Source: a virus. From it: a stretch of 37,523 nt of DNA. This document shows, in pieces, positions 1 to 6,369 of this stretch (positions are counted from its first letter, which is position 1; every line of letters starts with the position of its first letter). Below the pieces are notes generated by a model that ran no database searches, was not told where the DNA came from, and worked only from the letters and a program-made list of their open reading frames with translations. The stretch lies in IMG/VR virus record IMGVR_UViG_3300006000_000001, positions 1 to 37,523 of that record. One strand, 5' to 3'. Made by a program: the position numbers and the translations under genes.

Positions 1-120
1 GCGTCCTAAATCAGCCTCTGCGGAGCGGATAAAATCAATCTGCTCATCGCTGAGAGTGTAGCTCATCACTTACCCTCCGCGTCGTCTAGTATCTTATCTG
101 CTTGCAGCCACCAGTCATCA
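1..120. repeat. Terminal direct repeat, left copy (identical to 37404..37523). It marks the wrap-around of a circular or terminally redundant 37,403-bp phage genome
   Basis: Read by eye: nt 1..120 (gcgtcctaaatcagcc...ccagtcatca) recur exactly at 37404..37523, and the identity runs to both window edges. Positions 1..66 duplicate the 5' end of CDS 37209..37469. Confidence 0.9.
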
Positions 121-287
121 ATTTGACTGCGTGCAAGCTCGTAATCATCCACCATTATGGTGCCCCTGTGCTGGTGCTCCAGCTCCAGATATGCCCAGGT
201 TGCCTTGTCGGTAAGATTACCGATGACCTCTCGTAGAGAGGTTATATCATCCTCATAGATAGTTAGTGGTTTGTTGCACTGGATCAT
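66..287 (-). CDS. hypothetical early protein, acidic (73 aa)
   Basis: The ATG is preceded by GGAGA. The stop overlaps (TGATG) the start of the junction-spanning ORF. The C-terminal QIDDWW resembles QIDWWG in the 2039..2248 product. No family recognised. Confidence 0.6.
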   Translation of the reverse strand: MIQCNKPLTIYEDDITSLREVIGNLTDKATWAYLELEHQHRGTIMVDDYELARSQIDDWWLQADKILDDAEGK

Positions 288-306
288 GTGTCATCTCCGG
301 GTTTAT

Positions 307-322
307 GGCCCCTTGCGGGGCC
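307..322 (-). promoter_or_regulatory. intercistronic GC hairpin with GNRA-type tetraloop (function unknown)
   Basis: On the transcribed minus strand the sequence reads GGCCCC-GCAA-GGGGCC (6 GC pairs). It lies in the 60-nt gap between two early ORFs and has no U-tract after it. Confidence 0.5.
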
Positions 323-347
323 GGTGCTGATTAAATGGCTCGTTGGA

Positions 348-548
348 TCATTTTATCAGCCACTGATTGAGTTGCAGTTGCTCTATATCTCCTTTGCGGA
401 GATAGTCTTCCCCCACCGCCTGCCAATCGACGTACTTGAGCAAGTTATCCAACAACTCACCTGCGTCCCAATCGTCCATATCGTCATGTCCGATGGTTAT
501 GTGTTTAGCGCACTCGGCTAATGTGCCGTTGTACGTGTGATCACTCAT
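348..548 (-). CDS. hypothetical early protein, strongly acidic (66 aa)
   Basis: GGAGAA lies upstream of the ATG, and the ORF overlaps the stop of the upstream ORF by 8 nt. It has a D/E/W-rich segment (DDMDDWDAGELLDNLL). No family recognised. Confidence 0.55.
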   Translation of the reverse strand: MSDHTYNGTLAECAKHITIGHDDMDDWDAGELLDNLLKYVDWQAVGEDYLRKGDIEQLQLNQWLIK

Positions 549-726
549 GGGTTTCTCCGGGTTGCAAAAGCGGCGTGTGATAAAATATCACTTGATCGGC
601 ATATTTGGTATTTACCACGTCGCCACATCTTGTGGTGGGTACCGCTATCAAGTAGTTAATCCGCTTTACGGCATCCGTCGCCCCGACGATCTCACGTTCG
701 AGCACAAAAAATCGGTCTCTTGCCAT
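541..726 (-). CDS. hypothetical early protein (61 aa)
   Basis: GAGAGG lies upstream of the ATG. The N-terminus RFFVLEREIVGA parallels NYYVIERELVGP of the 1292..1663 product. Confidence 0.55.
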   Translation of the reverse strand: MARDRFFVLEREIVGATDAVKRINYLIAVPTTRCGDVVNTKYADQVIFYHTPLLQPGETHE

Positions 727-744
727 ATTTAGCCTCTCTAGGGG

Positions 745-993
745 TCAGAAATCGCGGGCGTTGAGGACCAGCCAGCCGACATCTCCACGGCTGATAGTCT
801 GGATATTGCGGTTACGTCTCACGCCCGCCTGTGCCGACAGGGCATCCATCCTATTGACTTTGCGGAGCCTTACATCCTTATACCGCTGTAGTGTTTCCGC
901 GAGACTGTAGGTCTCGTAGTCTAGCAGGTACTTTAGCTTGACTTTATCCTCGGTGGTCATGTCATTGATGGTGTTGATTATGCAGTTGGTCAT
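745..993 (-). CDS. hypothetical early protein (82 aa)
   Basis: I trimmed track ORF 745..1128 to the internal ATG 993. The upstream part overlaps 1050..1244 and contains an intergenic hairpin motif. The SD is weak. Confidence 0.5.
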   Translation of the reverse strand: MTNCIINTINDMTTEDKVKLKYLLDYETYSLAETLQRYKDVRLRKVNRMDALSAQAGVRRNRNIQTISRGDVGWLVLNARDF

Positions 994-1024
994 TTGCCTG
1001 GTCTCTGGTTTGATGGTGTTGTGT

Positions 1025-1038
1025 GCCCGTCCATGGGC
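1025..1038 (-). repeat. early-operon hairpin motif, copy 1 (minus-strand GCCC-ATGGAC-GGGC)
   Basis: The plus strand reads gcccgtccatgggc. The motif starts 10 nt after the stop of 1050..1244 and is near-identical to the copies at 1262, 2269 and 2787. Confidence 0.7.
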
Positions 1039-1049
1039 TGGCTTATAGG

Positions 1050-1244
1050 CTACAAGCCGTGATTGATGATGTTGATTGCCCGCTCTCGCAGGCGTTGGAC
1101 CTCGACCAAGTCCTCGCTTATGGACCACTGGCCGTATCCGTATGCAGACTCTATTTTTGATATCATCTTTTGTGCGTCAGTGACGCGCACCTCGATCGCG
1201 TCCATAACATGGCGCAGCTCGTCTTTGGGTGTCTGGTTGGCCAT
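1050..1244 (-). CDS. hypothetical early protein (64 aa), paralogue of the 1660..1896 product
   Basis: The track start is 1259, but I prefer ATG 1244 because AGGAG lies 7 nt upstream. DELRHVMDAIEV...GQWSISEDL aligns with DELRRIIQHIDV...GPWPLSKDL. Confidence 0.55.
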   Translation of the reverse strand: MANQTPKDELRHVMDAIEVRVTDAQKMISKIESAYGYGQWSISEDLVEVQRLRERAINIINHGL

Positions 1245-1261
1245 AGTGGTGCTCCTCATTT

Positions 1262-1275
1262 GCCCGTCCCTGGGC
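1262..1275 (-). repeat. early-operon hairpin motif, copy 2 (minus-strand GCCC-AGGGAC-GGGC)
   Basis: The plus strand reads gcccgtccctgggc. The motif lies in the 47-nt gap between the stop at 1292 and the start at 1244. Confidence 0.7.
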
Positions 1276-1291
1276 TAAAAGTTGATTTGTG

Positions 1292-1663
1292 TCAAGCCGC
1301 TTTGCGGCGTGGACGCTTGCGATCGGCGCGGACACTAAAGGCCATACTACGACCGCGCAGATAGTCTGTGTCGCTACCGGTTAGCCAATGGTTGGTGTAT
1401 CGCCCGAGTGCCTTAACCCCGGTCCACTTGTCGCGGACCGCCTCAACGGCGTCATTGTAGGACTCGTACTCGCCATGCGCCCGGATCGCTACGCCGTCGA
1501 TCTCCCCGACAGGTCCGTCGATCTCGGTGTGCCCATATAGGTGCGGTTGCGTGGTCTCGATCGTGACCCTGCGGCCACCTACTTGTATCCCGGATTCGCG
1601 CCAGTGGCGGGGGATATTGGGGCCAACTAACTCGCGCTCGATAACGTAGTAATTAGTGCTCAT
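1292..1663 (-). CDS. hypothetical early protein (123 aa) with Arg/Lys-rich tail
   Basis: There is an ATGA start/stop overlap with the upstream gene. The N-terminus YYVIERELVGP is shared with the 541..726 product. The C-terminus is RADRKRPRRKAA. Confidence 0.6.
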   Translation of the reverse strand: MSTNYYVIERELVGPNIPRHWRESGIQVGGRRVTIETTQPHLYGHTEIDGPVGEIDGVAIRAHGEYESYNDAVEAVRDKWTGVKALGRYTNHWLTGSDTDYLRGRSMAFSVRADRKRPRRKAA

Positions 1664-1896
1664 TTTGTCTCCACAAGCGCATGGTCGGCCAAGCTGCGAT
1701 CGAGTATGGCTTGGGCAGCCTCACAGAGATTCCGTGTCCACTCCAAATCCTTACTGAGTGGCCACGGCCCCTGCCCGCAGGCGTGGGCTATCGCCTCTAT
1801 GGTTTGGGCCGAGTCTTTAGCGGCAACATCGATGTGCTGGATGATGCGTCTCAGCTCGTCAACATCTGCACGGCAGATCGTCATGGCATCTCTCAT
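1660..1896 (-). CDS. hypothetical early protein (78 aa), paralogue of the 1050..1244 product
   Basis: GAGGAGG lies upstream of the ATG, and there are ATGA overlaps at both ends. Confidence 0.6.
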   Translation of the reverse strand: MRDAMTICRADVDELRRIIQHIDVAAKDSAQTIEAIAHACGQGPWPLSKDLEWTRNLCEAAQAILDRSLADHALVETK

Positions 1897-2036
1897 GTCT
1901 TGACCTCCTCGTCTGATTCGGCCACTTGGGCCAAGGCGTGGCCCCCGGCCTGCATGGCTTCCAGCGCGCCCTCGGTTTCGGCGGCGATTGTCTGCACTCG
2001 ATCCAATACCTTGCTCAATACGCTTTTGGGTGTCAT
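1893..2036 (-). CDS. hypothetical early protein (47 aa)
   Basis: I trimmed the track start (2090) to ATG 2036. GGAGG lies upstream and the ATG follows the upstream stop codon almost directly. Confidence 0.5.
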   Translation of the reverse strand: MTPKSVLSKVLDRVQTIAAETEGALEAMQAGGHALAQVAESDEEVKT

Positions 2037-2038
2037 TG

Positions 2039-2248
2039 TTACCTCGCCTCCTCTCGGAGAGTAGTGATCTGCTCGCGGGCGCCCCACCAATCGATCTGAT
2101 AGCCTTGATCGGCTAAATTATCGGTGATATCGTCGGTGATAAGCCGGATATCCTCGTCGCTCAAGGTGCCTATGCGCTCGCAGTCGTCATAGTCGTTTAG
2201 GGCTGTCAACGTGTATTCTTGGCTCGCGGTGTAGTCTAGGTAGATCAT
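2039..2248 (-). CDS. hypothetical early protein, acidic (69 aa)
   Basis: I use ATG 2248. An alternative TTG at 2296, overlapping the upstream stop as TTGA, would add 16 aa that include the hairpin motif. The C-terminal QIDWWG resembles the 66..287 product. Confidence 0.5.
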   Translation of the reverse strand: MIYLDYTASQEYTLTALNDYDDCERIGTLSDEDIRLITDDITDNLADQGYQIDWWGAREQITTLREEAR

Positions 2249-2268
2249 TTGGGGTTTGCCTTTGTGGT

Positions 2269-2282
2269 GCCCGTCCCTGGGC
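2269..2282 (-). repeat. early-operon hairpin motif, copy 3 (minus-strand GCCC-AGGGAC-GGGC)
   Basis: The plus strand reads gcccgtccctgggc. The motif starts about 10 nt after the stop of 2293..2661. Confidence 0.7.
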
Positions 2283-2292
2283 TGGGTTTGGG

Positions 2293-2661
2293 TCAAATGA
2301 ATCGACCGTAATAGCTGTTAGGGTTGCGGGTCTTGCGCAGATGGTTGCGGACGTTGCGCTCGATGTCCCGGTCCCGCTTGATTGAGTGGATCGCCATCTC
2401 GTCTGCGGTTTCCTGCGCGTATCCGTAAGACTTGTGGTCCGCGCGGATTTTCTTGGCCAGATAGTTGCCCGCCTCCACTCTGGCTTGGCTGGCCGCCTCC
2501 CGTGCCGCCTCTTGATCTGCCTTGGCTTGCGTTTTGGCATTGGCTTCGGCGAGGTGCGCCGCCGCATTAGCGGCGTATTGCGCTTGCTCGGCCATATATT
2601 CCGCCTCGGTCATAATGATCTCATTGCCTTCCTCATCCCAAGATGTGTATGTTTTGCTCAT
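2293..2661 (-). CDS. hypothetical early protein (122 aa), Ala/Gln/Glu-rich helical centre
   Basis: This is the first ORF after promoter 2719..2747. It contains a long AQAKADQEAAREAASQARVEAG-type helix-like segment. No family recognised. Confidence 0.6.
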   Translation of the reverse strand: MSKTYTSWDEEGNEIIMTEAEYMAEQAQYAANAAAHLAEANAKTQAKADQEAAREAASQARVEAGNYLAKKIRADHKSYGYAQETADEMAIHSIKRDRDIERNVRNHLRKTRNPNSYYGRFI

Positions 2662-2718
2662 CGTTTTTTGCTCTCTGTTGTTGGGTTTGGGTGTCTGTCA
2701 TCCCTTACGTTGGATATT

Positions 2719-2747
2719 AGTATATCGAGATGGTAATTTGATGTCAA
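2719..2747 (-). promoter_or_regulatory. sigma70-like promoter (second early-leftward promoter)
   Basis: On the minus strand: TTGACA (2747..2742), 17 nt spacer, TATACT (2724..2719). It lies about 55 nt upstream of ATG 2661. Confidence 0.65.
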
Positions 2748-2786
2748 CTGGTTTTAGACAAAAGATACATGATGTGGGTCAATAAT

Positions 2787-2800
2787 GCCCGTCCTTGGGC
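2787..2800 (-). repeat. early-operon hairpin motif, copy 4 (minus-strand TGCCC-AAGGAC-GGGCA)
   Basis: The plus strand reads gcccgtccttgggc. The motif starts 9 nt after the stop of 2810..3103 and is followed by UUAUUG. Confidence 0.7.
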
Positions 2801-2809
2801 ATCGTCCTA

Positions 2810-3103
2810 TTAGACCGACATGTCGTCCCACTCTAGGCGGTGGCAATCCGGGTGATCGTAATAGCGTAAGTAGCTATCCATGCCGCAGAGCATGATATGC
2901 TTGGCGACCATCCGCACGCGCGTTTCCATCGCGTAGTCCCAAAGCGCCTCCGGGACGAGGTCCTCGTCTAATTCTGCTTTGTAGTCCTCTATTGCGCTGA
3001 GGACTGATCGCTTGATGTCTTGGTTAGTCGTATCTAATGCGATTTGATCGCACAGGATTTCTCGCGCCCGCTCTTGGGATTCGTAGTAATCTAGTTTGGT
3101 CAT
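2810..3103 (-). CDS. first early-leftward gene, hypothetical acidic protein (97 aa)
   Basis: I trimmed track ORF 2810..3349 to ATG 3103, because a strong promoter (3177..3204) and a 5'-UTR hairpin lie inside the longer ORF. Confidence 0.6.
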   Translation of the reverse strand: MTKLDYYESQERAREILCDQIALDTTNQDIKRSVLSAIEDYKAELDEDLVPEALWDYAMETRVRMVAKHIMLCGMDSYLRYYDHPDCHRLEWDDMSV

Positions 3104-3120
3104 GGCTCTGTCTCTCGTTG

Positions 3121-3139
3121 GCCCGCCGCGCTGGCGGGC
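3121..3139 (-). promoter_or_regulatory. 5'-UTR hairpin of the first early transcript
   Basis: The sequence is GCCCGCC-5 nt loop-GGCGGGC (7 GC pairs). It lies between the predicted transcription start (~3170) and ATG 3103. Confidence 0.5.
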
Positions 3140-3176
3140 GGTTGTAATGCTTATTTCCCCGCTGACGTTGGAGATA

Positions 3177-3204
3177 AGTATAACATCAATTGACAAGGTG
3201 TCAA
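3177..3204 (-). promoter_or_regulatory. sigma70-like early-leftward promoter with palindromic operator over the -35
   Basis: On the minus strand: TTGACA (3204..3199), 16 nt spacer, TATACT (3182..3177). A perfect inverted repeat TTGACAaggTGTCAA at 3190..3204 overlaps the -35. Confidence 0.7.
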
Positions 3205-3374
3205 GACATTTTTTGATTTTTTTTTGCATTTTTTTCCCTGCCCAGCGGTCCGGGCGAGCTGACCAGGGCGCATATATATAAGGAGTCGTTTTTTCTTGAC
3301 GCCTGTCTGTAAGACGTTGTAATGTATAGCATTTTGTGGTTATTCCCATTATGTAATCCTGTATAGGAATATTA

Positions 3375-3457
3375 GGAAAATCTGAAGTTGCAAGTCTTTA
3401 AAGTTTGGATGAAAACATAATCCGAATCGGGAAAATCTCGAAAATAATTTAAAGTTT
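3375..3457. repeat. two imperfect direct repeat units (GGAAAATCT ... TTTAAAGTTT) in the AT-rich divergent control region
   Basis: GGAAAATCT occurs at 3375..3383 and 3430..3438. TTTAAAGTTT occurs at 3397..3406 and 3448..3457. A third exact GGAAAATCT lies at 8872..8880. Confidence 0.6.
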
Positions 3458-3487
3458 TCAATTATTTACAAATTTAGAAAATTCTTG

Positions 3488-3517
3488 TTGACAAACCAAG
3501 AAAGTGCGGATTACTAT
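3488..3517 (+). promoter_or_regulatory. sigma70-like rightward promoter for the plus-strand module
   Basis: TTGACA (3488..3493), 18 nt spacer, TACTAT (3512..3517). It lies 30 nt upstream of ATG 3547, which is preceded by AGGGG. Confidence 0.65.
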
Positions 3518-3546
3518 ATGTACAACAATCCAGACAGGGGTAAGTA

Positions 3547-3852
3547 ATGTTACATAGTCGCAACAAGATAGGTGCTTACATCCGGCGGGAAAGACGCCGA
3601 CTTGGCAAGTCCATGCAGTCCTTAGGTGATTGTGTCAGCGTATCGCGGCAATATATATCTCAGATCGAGCTAGGCCAGGTAGCCATACCGGCAGGTAGCG
3701 ATCTGCTTATCGCCTTAGCGGATGCTCTCTGCCTGGACGTAGACGATTTACATGTTAGGGAGGGCCGCCTCCCGGATGACATGGTGCGCAATCTGCGTGA
3801 TGTGGTCCGTGTATACCGCGAGCATCAAGTTAAGGAGCGGATAAGTGCCTAA
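3547..3852 (+). CDS. XRE-family helix-turn-helix transcriptional regulator (101 aa)
   Basis: The HTH signature LGKSMQSLGDCVSVSRQYISQIELGQ is typical of Cro/CI/XRE proteins. It is the first gene of the rightward operon, divergent from the early-leftward promoter. Confidence 0.8.
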   Translation: MLHSRNKIGAYIRRERRRLGKSMQSLGDCVSVSRQYISQIELGQVAIPAGSDLLIALADALCLDVDDLHVREGRLPDDMVRNLRDVVRVYREHQVKERISA

Positions 3853-4177
3853 GATCGAAAAGGTAATCGATTCCTGGTTCAAACTTTGGGACGATTGGGA
3901 CCTCTGGGAGGATTTCGACGAGGACGGTCCGGATGACCCATTGAATGATCTCATCGGAAGGAGAATTGGGAGGAATACAAGCAATATCATCGTAGACAGT
4001 TATGCCTCCTTGCTTAGCGAGGAAGACTATATGACCAATACGGCAAGTCAATGTATTGATGACATATCCAGCTCCGTCAAGATGGAGTATGATCTATACA
4101 TAGATAGAAAAGCCGTTTTGGATGTTGTATTGAATGAGAAAAGACTCTATAGAGAGGATTATGAAAGATATGCCTAA
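3845..4177 (+). CDS. hypothetical protein, very acidic N-terminal half (110 aa)
   Basis: A GTG start overlaps the previous stop. It contains WFKLWDDWDLWEDFDEDGPDDPLNDL. It looks AT-richer than the early-left arm by eye. Confidence 0.5.
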   Translation: MPKIEKVIDSWFKLWDDWDLWEDFDEDGPDDPLNDLIGRRIGRNTSNIIVDSYASLLSEEDYMTNTASQCIDDISSSVKMEYDLYIDRKAVLDVVLNEKRLYREDYERYA

Positions 4178-4436
4178 GCAGGTGTTACTTAACTATGAAG
4201 ATTCGTATACTGTGGCTTACGAGTATATCCTTGGAGCCATGCACGGAGAATGGGTAGATTGGCCGAATGTCGGAGACGACGAATCCGACATTGAAGCTCT
4301 TTTCCACGGGACGGACATTGCGGCATGGAACCTTGATGAGACTTTGGAATCTTGCCACATTGAAATAAACAATAAGGCCCTCACTACGGCCATGCTTGAT
4401 CTGCGTAGTGAGGCGTTAGGGGATAAATATAAATGA
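4161..4436 (+). CDS. hypothetical acidic protein (91 aa)
   Basis: I moved the start to ATG 4161, with AGAGAGGA upstream (track start 4134). Confidence 0.5.
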   Translation: MKDMPKQVLLNYEDSYTVAYEYILGAMHGEWVDWPNVGDDESDIEALFHGTDIAAWNLDETLESCHIEINNKALTTAMLDLRSEALGDKYK

Positions 4437-4717
4437 TAGAAATCAAGAGAACCAGCCGAGTCGGACTGGAGTCTGCGCGATTACGTTTACCTTTGGAGAA
4501 AATGAAAATGATTAAGGACCGCACGAAAGAAGAGTTGGTGAAATTCCGCGATGAGCTGACCGAGGTCTTGAACTTGGTCCGTCAAGACAAGATCAGGATG
4601 TTTTGCTCGGAGAGCACCAGTGCCCTTGATGTGGAGATAGCAAGGGCTGAGTATTTTATTGTCAATGCAATTGGAAGGAAAATTGACAATATGATTGACT
4701 ACAAGGAGGGGAGGTAA
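4433..4717 (+). CDS. hypothetical protein (94 aa)
   Basis: There is an ATGA overlap with the previous stop. The sequence is helical and charged. Confidence 0.55.
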   Translation: MIEIKRTSRVGLESARLRLPLEKMKMIKDRTKEELVKFRDELTEVLNLVRQDKIRMFCSESTSALDVEIARAEYFIVNAIGRKIDNMIDYKEGR

Positions 4718-4721
4718 CGCC

Positions 4722-4970
4722 ATGCACGTTAAAAGGCGACAAGCAATCAAAGATTTTGATCAGGAATGGGACCGTATATTGGATACGGTAGAGGACTTTC
4801 TGACTAGGGTTGAAAAATGGGACGGAGGCTCATCGTTTATCCCTCCGATCAAAATGAGCGAGATTTTTTGGCGTCAATTAACGCCACATCCAAGGACAAC
4901 CGGTCTTGTTATGTCGGTCGAGGTAAAAGAATTCACGACCGGAGGCGTGCGCCGGTTTGAAGAAGATTAG
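4722..4970 (+). CDS. hypothetical protein (82 aa)
   Basis: I moved the start to ATG 4722, preceded by GGAGGGGAGG (track start 4695). Confidence 0.55.
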   Translation: MHVKRRQAIKDFDQEWDRILDTVEDFLTRVEKWDGGSSFIPPIKMSEIFWRQLTPHPRTTGLVMSVEVKEFTTGGVRRFEED

Positions 4971-4981
4971 GACTATTTCTA

Positions 4982-5257
4982 ATGTCATTCAAACGAACTA
5001 AATACCCGAGAATCTACCTGATTGAAATGCCGGGTACGTCCACCGAGATTTCCGGTGAGGTCCGGCGTGAGATCATGGTTGTCAAGTGCAAGCTACACGG
5101 CAGTTACCCGGACGTTAAAAGTGCCCTGGCCGACGCAAATAAAAAATGGTTTAGGATCACCAAGGGTGAGATTCAAGGTGCGTGCCGGATGTCTAGGCTT
5201 TGGGTTTCCGATCGTAAGGAGTCAGACCATGAAGAACAGAAAATATCTCCGTCCTAA
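4982..5257 (+). CDS. hypothetical protein (91 aa)
   Basis: The ORF begins 12 nt after the previous stop. No family recognised. Confidence 0.5.
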   Translation: MSFKRTKYPRIYLIEMPGTSTEISGEVRREIMVVKCKLHGSYPDVKSALADANKKWFRITKGEIQGACRMSRLWVSDRKESDHEEQKISPS

Positions 5258-5414
5258 CCCGACTATGGGCGATGTGCACGAATGGATGGGGGCGTTTTGG
5301 AGAGCGATTGGTCAATTGGAGTGCATGAGCGATCCTGCGTATCGAGATGGATTTACAGATCAGGAAAGGGAATCTGCTCGGGAGCAAGTCATTAAGATTC
5401 AAAGTGAATTTTGA
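5229..5414 (+). CDS. hypothetical protein (61 aa)
   Basis: This is the internal ATG 5229 of track ORF 5022..5414, preceded by AGGAG. Its stop abuts the exonuclease start (TGAtATG). Confidence 0.45.
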   Translation: MKNRKYLRPNPTMGDVHEWMGAFWRAIGQLECMSDPAYRDGFTDQERESAREQVIKIQSEF

Positions 5415-5415
5415 T

Positions 5416-6369
5416 ATGTCCACTGAATATATTAAAACTGAAAGCAAGGAAGAATGGCTTGCGCTACGAGCAAAGGACGTGACCAGCACGGAGTCTGCCG
5501 CTCTGTTCGGGCTCAGCCCCTACCATACGGAATTTGATCTATTCCACCGCAAGCGAGATGGGCGGGTCGTAGAAATACCGGAGAATGAAAGGATGCGGGC
5601 CGGAACGTATCTAGAGCCTGCCATTGCCGAATGGGCATCGGATGAGATCGGCTGCCATGTACAGAGATTGAATGCGTATTGCCGGGACGGGGAAGCGAGG
5701 ATCGGGGCTAGCTTTGACTATCAGATCACGAACGGGAAGCTGGCCGGAAGGATATTGGAGATTAAAAATGTGGCCTTTGACCAACGCTACAAATGGGAAA
5801 ACGAGGAAGGCGAGCTTGAGCCGCCACCGCACATTGAAGTGCAGGTCCAACATCAGTTGGAGCTAACGCAACGGCCTGGTGCCCACATTGCCGTGCTGTT
5901 CGGCGGTAATGATCTTAACCTGATCCCAGTATCGAGAATTCCCAGAATTGGCCTGGGTCTACGGAACCGGATTAAGCGGTTTTGGAGTGATGTTGATTCC
6001 GGGCGTGAGCCGGAGCCGGACTTCGAGCGGGACGCCGATTTTATAACGTCAATCCACCAGATGTCCGGCGATGAAATCCTGAAGGTCGATGAGGATAGCG
6101 AGATATGGTCGCTCATGAAAGGCTATCAGGCCGCCAGGGACAACGCAAAGGCTCACACGGCGTCCGCCGAATCGATCAAGGCCAAGGTACTGCATCTCAT
6201 CGGAGATGGCGTGTGCAAGGTTCTAGGGGGGAATCTAACGCTATCCTGTGGGATGGTGAAGGACACGGAGCCAACCCGGATAACCCAGGATATGATAGGA
6301 AAAACCTATGGAGGAAAGCGTGGGCATAGGAATTTCCGAGTAACCGAGATGAAACCCAATGCCAAATAA
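5416..6369 (+). CDS. YqaJ-type viral recombinase exonuclease (lambda Exo-like, PD-(D/E)XK)
   Basis: The N-terminal TSTESAALFGLSPYHTEFDLFHRK resembles the YqaJ-domain signature, and ILEIKNV fits the E-x-K nuclease motif. The gene lies directly upstream of recT. I moved the start to ATG 5416. Confidence 0.8.
   Translation: MSTEYIKTESKEEWLALRAKDVTSTESAALFGLSPYHTEFDLFHRKRDGRVVEIPENERMRAGTYLEPAIAEWASDEIGCHVQRLNAYCRDGEARIGASFDYQITNGKLAGRILEIKNVAFDQRYKWENEEGELEPPPHIEVQVQHQLELTQRPGAHIAVLFGGNDLNLIPVSRIPRIGLGLRNRIKRFWSDVDSGREPEPDFERDADFITSIHQMSGDEILKVDEDSEIWSLMKGYQAARDNAKAHTASAESIKAKVLHLIGDGVCKVLGGNLTLSCGMVKDTEPTRITQDMIGKTYGGKRGHRNFRVTEMKPNAK

Noticed and set aside
1244-1275. The idea that the loop of hairpin copy 2 (AGGGAC) serves as the Shine-Dalgarno for an ATG at 1259
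   Set aside because: A canonical AGGAG lies 7 nt upstream of the second in-frame ATG (1244), which makes that the more likely start. The other hairpin copies are 25-60 nt from the next start, so an SD role does not generalise.
2187-2567. Arg-rich 126-aa ORF (MRRRTSPKPMPKRKPRQIKRRHGRR...), tempting as an N-like arginine-rich antiterminator for the hairpin family
   Set aside because: It lies entirely in an alternative frame of two better-supported, translationally coupled genes (2039..2248 and 2293..2661). It looks like a frame-shadow of their Ala/Gln/Glu-rich GC-rich coding sequence and has no SD. I kept it only as a remote possibility.
3296-3325. A second rightward promoter (TTGACG-18-TAATGT) that would make a ~220-nt leader or ncRNA covering the GGAAAATCT boxes
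   Set aside because: The -10 matches the consensus at only 3 of 6 positions, and there is no terminator or conserved structure that I can see. I mention it only as context for the control region.
3104-3349. N-terminal 82 codons of track ORF 2810..3349 (179 aa)
   Set aside because: This part contains a strong minus-strand promoter (3177..3204), a 5'-UTR hairpin and long A/T runs, and it translates to low-complexity sequence. The ATG at 3103 gives a compact 97-aa gene consistent with the promoter position.
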